DNA from: the human T2T-CHM13v2.0 reference genome, Homo sapiens
Assembly (NCBI RefSeq): GCF_009914755.1
Contig: NC_060930.1
Length of the DNA: 64,000 nt
Direction: 5' to 3' (one strand)
Part shown: piece after piece, positions 56,001-64,000 of the stretch
Layout of the letters: the number at the start of each line of letters is the position of its first letter
Position numbering within the stretch: the stretch's first letter is position 1
Notes under the pieces: model-generated
Told to the model about the DNA's origin: nothing
Databases searched by the model: none
What the model saw: the letters and a program-made list of their open reading frames with translations, nothing else
Program-made: the position numbers and the translations under genes

Positions 56001-56399
56001 TAAGTATTAATTCATTTTGCTTCTCTCTGCCAACCTTTTTGTGCTCTTTGGTAAATTAACAAATTCTTTGCTTTAGCTTCTCACTTGTAAATTAGAATAA
56101 ACAATTAATGTACTAGATAGGGTTTCCCTAAAAACTTGCAAATAGAAAATTAAAAGTCACAAGTACATGTCTTATCTGAAAAAAAGATAGGAAATCAAGA
56201 AATAAAGCAATTCTGGACACGCTAAGATTTACGTAAAATTTTATCAGAGATCTAGCAATTGTCAAGATTAATTTGACAAGTAAATGCAGCAGCCAGAATA
56301 GTTTAGGACCTTAACTGGACATAAAAGCTCTGAGTGATCAAGGTAAATGGTATATACAACCTAAAGTAAGAAGAGAGCTGACTTACCATCCCTGAAATA

Positions 56400-56830
56400 C
56401 TTGCCATCCAAATCTATACAACAATCTTCAATTAAAATTGCTGTGACTTTACAATTTCATTTTCTCTTACCCACTCTTATTCTTTTTAGTACAATTCCAG
56501 CAAATGAAGTGACTTTTTAAAAATTCCAATAAGTTCCTGCTCAAAATCTTCCAGTGGCCTCTCATGCTACTTAAAATAAAATTCTGGACTTCTTACCAAG
56601 ACCTTTTAGGTTCTGTATCTTCTGGCCTTGCCTGTCTCTTGAAACCTTGTATATTACCCCTACCCCTTATTTATTGTGCTCACAGCCTTCCCATTATCGT
56701 ATTTAACACACTGATGGTTGTATTTGATATCGTTTTATATGGACTATGTTTACATTTTTACTGTTGTTTTCCCAGCTCCTCAAGCAGCGCCTAACTTTCA
56801 ATAAACGGTTGTTGAATAGATTACTTACTT
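56400..56830 (+). mobile_element. L2
   Basis: CCTGCTCAAAATCTTCCAGTGGCCTCTCAT...AATAAAATTC; terminal CAATAAACGGTTGTTGAATAGA. Confidence 0.7.
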
Positions 56831-57253
56831 GATTTTAACATTTTTAAAAATTCTATGCTGTACAAGCCAGCTAAATGAATTAATCTGAATCAAATGCATA
56901 CCATCTTATTATATACTATTATATTATTTACACTATCTTATTGAACACAGGCCATATATAACGTACAGGGTTAAGTGCTATGAAAAAATATGGAGACTAA
57001 AGTCTTTTCCTCAAAGACTTTACATTTGGCGGGTGGGGGGCAGGGAATATAGGAAAACTGCAAAATATAATAATAAAGTTCAAATTAATAAATGCTTTGG
57101 TCCTGCTTATTTATCTCAAGTATTTATGTCATCTTATTAATAATATGTATACACAATATTTATATACAATTCTCTACTCTTTCTTTGTTTCATGTAATTA
57201 AAAAATATCACATAAGGACTTATAAAAATTTACCTCTATTTGATTTTTGATTT

Positions 57254-57287
57254 TGTATATGTATGTGCATGCATGTATGTGTGTGCA

Positions 57288-57319
<32 letters not shown>

Positions 57320-57323
57320 TGTG
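57254..57323. repeat. Imperfect (TG)n microsatellite
   Basis: Direct reading; pure TG run at ~57288-57312. Confidence 0.9.
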
Positions 57324-60053
57324 ATTATTCATTAGGTTGTCAATGTGTGGAGCTTAGCTGCGTTTGCAGTGTGAATCCTACATCCTGAAACACATAAACT
57401 GAATTTTGAATATTCAATGAGAAGGATCATTTATATAAAACATTAGATGTGATAATTTGGTATCATGATTCCTAAGCAAAAATGTAAATTCTTCACCATT
57501 GATAGGATGATAGTGCGGTAAATACAATCTCAAGCAAAATAAAAAGTTTCATACCTCTTCTACTTATTGATTCGCCACATTCAGATGTGTAATTCTTTCC
57601 TTAAATTCCACTAGTATATTCAGGTCAATATACATTGCCATCCTCACAACATCTAAAAGAGCCACCATCATTTTCAAGGGCTCTGATAAATTATGTTGTT
57701 TTTTGAACTTTGTAATTTCCTTCAGAAAAAAAAAAATCAATTTGCCTGAAGTGATTGCTTGTTTCTCTAGAATATATGTATATTCTTTATGCACACAGAG
57801 ATTATAGAGAACTCCACTACTGTGAAAGCATTTATTTCCTATAAATCTCAACACCTTTGATCAGAACCACTGGCAAAATCAATAATTGGATTCTGGCTGA
57901 GATGACTTGGCCTTAAACCTAAACCTTAATAACAATATATAAAAATACATTTCTTAGAGCACAGTATCTTCAATCCAATCATGAATTCCAAAGCAACCTA
58001 AGCTATGCTATTTTGTAGGTGTGTTTTTTTTAACATACAGAAATTATTTTATAGAGACAAGATGTGACCTGCAAAGTTTAAAAGGAAAAACAGCAGCATT
58101 TTTGTGTGGCAATGAAGTAGAATCAAGCAGAGAGCTGTTCTTATAAAATCACTCCACAAATTGCATCACATGATGGTGCAGAACATTCTGCAGTGGAATT
58201 ATGTAACACATGAGCTACTTTCAAAGTATGAAAATGCAGTTTTGATTTTGCAGAAACAGAAAAAATGAAATGGAAAAATATTTTAGAAATAATATACTTA
58301 AAGTATGTTTTGCAGAAAAGTGCATATGTATTATGTAGATATAAATCTATAGAGGTATATTAAGAATAGGTTGGGCTCATCACAGATAAATAAGTGCTTG
58401 ATAAATTTTAGATGATTGCATAGGCAAAATATGCTTTATTTGAGTTTAATTTACCTATTAACAAAACCTACACTGAAAAAATCATATAGTCTTAGAAGTA
58501 GAAAGTACTTTACCTAGATCAACTTTCTTTGTTCAGCAGAGCATTAAAGCTTCATTCAAATTAGAGCGCGCTTTGAGATTAGAATCTTTCTTTTTTACTT
58601 TCCTCTTACTAAGTGTGTGACGTTGTAAGATGGATTGATTTTCTGAGATTCAGTTTGATCATCTGCAAATCTTACATAATACTTCTCTAGAAGCACAGGA
58701 GCTGACTTTGGTGGCTCCAATAAAAGATTTCTTAGAAAAATATAGCAGACTCAAGAAGAAACTCAATGGGACATGGAAAAACCAGGTAGATTTGAGGGGC
58801 AAATTGTAAAAAGCTGGAAAAAGGAGCAAACCCCCCATAAAAGCCCCAGTCAAATCATTTGTTTTTGATTTAGATACAACTTCTTAATGAAGCAAGGAAT
58901 CACAATTCTATTTTACTCTATTGTATCACATCCCAAAACCTTCCATAAGCTGGGGCTTTCTTTTTCCTAACAACTGTAAATCCATTTCTAGTTTGAATTT
59001 GTCAAGTTCTTATATAATAATGTAAGTACTACAATGAAAATGTAGGGGTTTTTGTTTGCTTTTGGTTGGCCGCTGTGGTTGTTATTGTTGTTGGTTTCTT
59101 TTTTTTTTCAAGCATATGTGGATATATGGAGTAATTGGTTTAACCTTAATAAAAACACTTAAATTTGCTATAGGTAAAAGTCCTGTGTTGAGGAAAAAAT
59201 ACTATTTAAAACCATTGAATTGAAGCCATTGTGCTTTAGGTTTTTAGGATGCAAATAATGAAATGAAGAGATCATTTTGAAATAGCTAAAGTGTGGAGTA
59301 CTGTGATATGAGTTTTGCCAAGAGAGAGTTACTGTTTCAAAATTTCTCTCTCACTAGTACCTGGAAGTTCAGAATGGATAAGTCATTCCTTATGATAATG
59401 AAAGTCTTTATTTCCCAATCTTATTATCAGCTAACAATAGTAGTCTTATGTCTCTCTCTGATCTCTTAGCACCACTGTGGAAAAACATCGATCTTTTTGA
59501 ATCAGTACCATGTCCACCCCTTATATGCAGCCTAGAAGGTTGCTTATCAAAGATTTCTCAGCCTTGAATTAATACTTTCCTTAAGATCCATCTACCCTTA
59601 GTCAAATACTTATTTAGAATTCACTTTAATAATTACACTTATTAAAATATTTTTCCTTAAGTTCCCAAATTAATGAAAATATCCACTTAGTAAGATTAAT
59701 GAAGATGCCTATCATTTCTTCTCTGTACACCTATACCTCCTTCTTAAGAAACGGAGCCCTGGGGAGACAGAGTCCTATTCTTCCATCCCACCATAAAGAA
59801 GCAAATTAGATACAGACACCTGAGTTCAACTGCATAAATAAGATTTTTCCCTAAATATATAAAGTATAGACTTTAAATTATTTAGCTATGATCAGCCAGC
59901 CCTGGAGGTCATTTAAGCTATGGGACTAAGGTTGTAGTTGGGGGTAATTATAATGTGATGGTGAGTCTGCAGAGAGGCTGATCTGAGGAGACAAACAAAC
60001 ATAGCAAAAATGCTTGAATTCTGCCTTTTTCTTTATCTCTCTGCATCTTCCTA

Positions 60054-60353
<300 letters not shown>

Positions 60354-61552
60354 TCATGGTTATTTCTAAGTGACTGCTTTGGACTCAGTCTATATGATGA
60401 CTTAGATTTTCCCCTCCAAGGAAATTTTTAATTATAAATTAAAATATTATTATAAAACTTAATATTCATATCCCCTCAATGTCAGGCTGTGTAGGTATTC
60501 AATCATTATTTTAACAGAATCAATAAATGGCTTATTTTTCCTTAACATCATTCACAATAGGAAGAATTTCTGAATTAAACTTATAACTATTTTATATTGT
60601 CAACTAGCTTTCCAAAAGAGTTGATACTTTTTATGTTTCCATTAACAATGTGGAAGAATTCTGCTTTCACCACATTTTTACCATCTTTTGATATTTTTAT
60701 TAAAATGAAAAAAGTTATTTGATTGACAAAAATCTATTTTATCTTGACCTTCATCTCTTTGGCAATGAGTTTGAACATTTTATTATTTATATCATAACCT
60801 CTGCATTTCCTTTTCATTTTAATGTTCTTAGGCCATTAATCTACTGAAATTAGCATATTTAAGAGTGGCTTAAATAGTAAAGTAAATATTGAATGAAAAA
60901 GAGAGTTATGATAAAAAGTGTACTGCCTAAAATTCTGAAGAAGTTTATAAGTGTCTACAAGATCTTTAAGATTCTTAGAGATTGTTTGTATTATAATGTA
61001 GGGAATAATATATTTTGATAACCATTGTTCATCTACAACTAAAGTGCATTGTGTCATTTTTATTCACCAAGACAGTAAAAATAGAAGTGAGAAAATTAAC
61101 TTGTCAACGTTGGCAAGTTAGCTTTAATCATATTGGTTGACATTATTAAATTAAATTGCAGTGCATTCTTATAAAATGTCTCTCAATACATTCAGAATCA
61201 GAATATTGAGATAAATGCTGTGTTACCGTGGCTCTTTATTGCCAAGGACAGATGTCACCATGGTTTATAATGGTCTTCCCATAGCTCAGTTACAGTGAGG
61301 TATTGAAGGTCAACAAAATGGCTCACGGTTGGATTCTGGCACTGACAACAAAATTGTGCCAGATGTTCCCCTTTGCCAGGTGGAAGGTAAAAGCACTAAT
61401 TCACAAATTGATTTTATAATGGTGACAGTATATTGGTTGAATTAAAAGGTAGCTTAATAATTTGGCCTGTAACCATGCTAGCTATTCCTCAGGTTCTAAG
61501 GAATTGTTCAATGAGAATACTACCATGTTATGTCAGAGACTATACACACACT

Positions 61553-61860
61553 AATTCATTCATTCACTTAAAATTTGTTTTAAGTCATTACCCTCTGTGG
61601 TGAACTGTGCTATGTATTGGGGAGCTGGTAGTAAATAAATAAGACAACTCTTACAGAATTTTCTGGATGATGAAGACAAGAGTAAACAATTAATTACAAT
61701 AAAATATAGATGATGTAGAAAAATAAGTGCAAAGAATGATGGGAGCATGCATTAAGACATTTAACTGAGCCTAGAAGTTTAGAAGAGGCTTCCTGGAAGT
61801 AAGGAAACATTAATATATATGTGAAGAAAATCTAATCATAAGAGAATAAATGTTGGGAGG
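61553..61860 (-). mobile_element. L2 3' end
   Basis: ATTCATTCATTCAC...; AGAAGAGGCTTCCTGGAAG. Confidence 0.7.
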
Positions 61861-62169
61861 TCTTTAAACTAGCTTACATTCTTTGTCTTATCACTAAAAG
61901 TTCATGCCCCACAGTTAAATCTTTATCTACTTTTTAAGAAAATCAATTCATGAAGTCAAAACTAGTAAAAGCATTGTTTATAATCAAATATTTTGTTTTT
62001 ATTCAAAATTAATACAAGTGGCTCTATTATTAAAAAGTAGATTTTAGATTGATAGAGCACAGTGTTTATGAATGTGGGACCAAAACTCTGAACAAGCTTA
62101 CTCTATGTTATTTTAAGAATTACTTATAGGTTGACACACAGACTGAAACTATTAAAAGAAAGCATGAGC

Positions 62170-63025
62170 CTATTCTTGACTACCTATACTGACTTTACTG
62201 CCATTCACATATAATGGGATGATAATTTGAAGCTTTGACCAGTGTGCCAACAGATAATGTGTGCTACGTATCAAAGTGAAGTGTCAGATCAAATCGTTTA
62301 TTTCAAAGAAGATGGTTGAAAAACAGACTGAAAATTGGTTGCATCAATCTTGGGTTCTCTCATAAGGGAGCCTTGACTCCAAATCTAGGATATAAAAAGT
62401 TCTAGAAAATAAAAAAGAAAGAATTTATTAATAGGCTTTTGAAATAGAACTGCCACCCTCTATGTTTTTCTTCACCTCCCCTCATTTCTAAAAAAAAAAG
62501 AAAAAGAAAAAAAAGTGGTGGTGGGCGTACGGCTCTTTCTTTTACCTCAATTACATACAGAAACATTTTTAAAGCCACTTACAGAGAGATTGGAATATAT
62601 CTTCTGCAGTTTAGAAATAATAGTGTGCAAGCTACAGAGATGAGCTGGAGCACCGATTAGGCAAGGGAGCAACAGGGAACTGTGATTGCTTCTAGGGAGT
62701 ATTTGGACTGACTTTCAATGGTAGGTCAAATGGCTTGAGTACTTCCCTTGTGGCAAGTACCACATGGGAGGCAGAACAAACCAAGAGCTCTCCTAAGTCC
62801 TACCCAAGTGAAATCACTATTCATAACTACTTATGCTGGCTTTACTGCTATTCACATATAAGGGATGTTAAAATTGAAGCTTTGACCAGGGTGCCAACTA
62901 ATAATGTGTGCTACATATCAAAGTGAAGTGTCAGATCAAATTGATTATTTCAAAGAAAATTGTTGAAACCAGGCTGAAAATTAGTTTCATTCTTCTTAGG
63001 CCCCCAGCAAGGGAGCCCTGACTCC
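62170..63025 (+). repeat. Local non-tandem direct duplication, ~210 bp (62170-62380 and 62817-63025)
   Basis: Manual alignment ~85% identical; shared core TATCAAAGTGAAGTGTCAGATCAAAT and shared end AAGGGAGCC(T/C)TGACTCC. Confidence 0.95.
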
Positions 63026-63119
63026 CTTGTCAAGACTTTTGAAACTATAAGGCAGGGACTGATGGAAAAAAAACAATGCTGAAGACGGAAATCTTCAGCT
63101 ATAGAAAACGTTGCCTATG

Positions 63120-64000
63120 GGAGGATTCTGGCAAAATGGTGGAGTAGAAAGCACCAGGAATCTGTAACTCCACCTAGACAACAATTTTACTGGTAGAATA
63201 TGTCTGAAGTAACGATTTTGTAACTCTGAAGTCTATTGAAGGCTTAACACATCCAAGGGGAATATTTAGAAGGTAATCTGTGTTTAATTTGGTCAATTTT
63301 TTGTCATAGCAGAGTATCAGCTACTCATCCCCCATCCCAGTGGCAGCCAGCTGAATTCCTGGAGCAGCTTGTGCACAGCTTGCAGGGCATATAGAAAACA
63401 AACAGCAAAATAACACAATTAAGTCCCTCTTTATCAGTAATTATTTTAAATGTAAATGGATTAAACTCTCCAATAAAAAAATCAAAACAGAGATTTTTAG
63501 AATGGATAAAAAGACATAATTCAACTATATACTATCTATAAGATAATAACTTTTAATCCAAAACCACAAATTGATTGAAAGTGAAAATATGCAAAAATAT
63601 GAAAATATTAAACAAAAGAAGGCAGGGTTAACTATCAGAAAAAATAGACTTCAAATTCAAAAAGTTGACAAGAGACAAAAGAGATTATATATTAATAAAA
63701 GATTCAATACAGCAAGTTATAATTATAAACATTTATGCACCTAATAAGAACATCAAAACATATGAGGCAAAACTGATAAAACTGAAAGGAGAAATTGATA
63801 GTTATACAATAATACAGACTGCAATAATCTACCCTCAATAATTAATAGAACAACCAGAGAGATGATACGTGAGGAAACAGAGGACTTAACACAATAAACC
63901 AACTAGATTTAACAGACTTTTGCAGAGCACTCTAGCCATCAAAACAGAATATACATTCTTCTCAAGAGCATTAGGACATTATTCAGGATAGATGATCTGT
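63120..64000 (+). mobile_element. Old L1M: 5' UTR piece joined to inter-ORF/ORF2 start; runs off the window
   Basis: GGCAAAATGGTGGAGTAGAAAGCACCAGGAATC is an L1M 5' end. From ~63386, ...TTATCAGTAATTATTTTAAATGTAAATGGATTAAACTCTCCAATAAA encodes the ORF2 endonuclease start (LNVNGLNSPIK). Confidence 0.75.

Overview
This is primate (human-like) nuclear DNA. It is AT-rich, CpG-poor and dominated by interspersed repeats: seven Alus, three primate-era L1PA inserts, many old L1M/L2/MIR fragments, an L3/CR1 relic, MaLR elements (THE1/MST/MLT1), ERV1/ERVL LTRs, and Tigger3 and MER5 DNA transposons. I found no supportable host protein-coding exon, RNA gene, CpG island or CRISPR-like array. Every long ORF in the track comes from L1 ORF2, MaLR internal sequence, Alu or simple repeats. 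The window reads as a gene desert or deep intron, and I do not see a new biological system. The most notable observations are structural. (1) Three short, non-tandem local duplications; one has a perfectly identical 59-bp hairpin-containing tract inside otherwise ~85%-identical copies. (2) An L1PA7-like insertion that seems to have deleted half of a THE1B provirus plus ~1 kb of its host L1. (3) An intact MER41 solo LTR with three STAT/GAS motifs. (4) A perfect DUX4-type motif in a THE1B LTR. (5) An ancient L3/CR1 reverse transcriptase split by ~5.6 kb of nested insertions. Repeat subfamily names come from recalled consensus sequences and need RepeatMasker/Dfam confirmation. Boundaries of old repeats are approximate.
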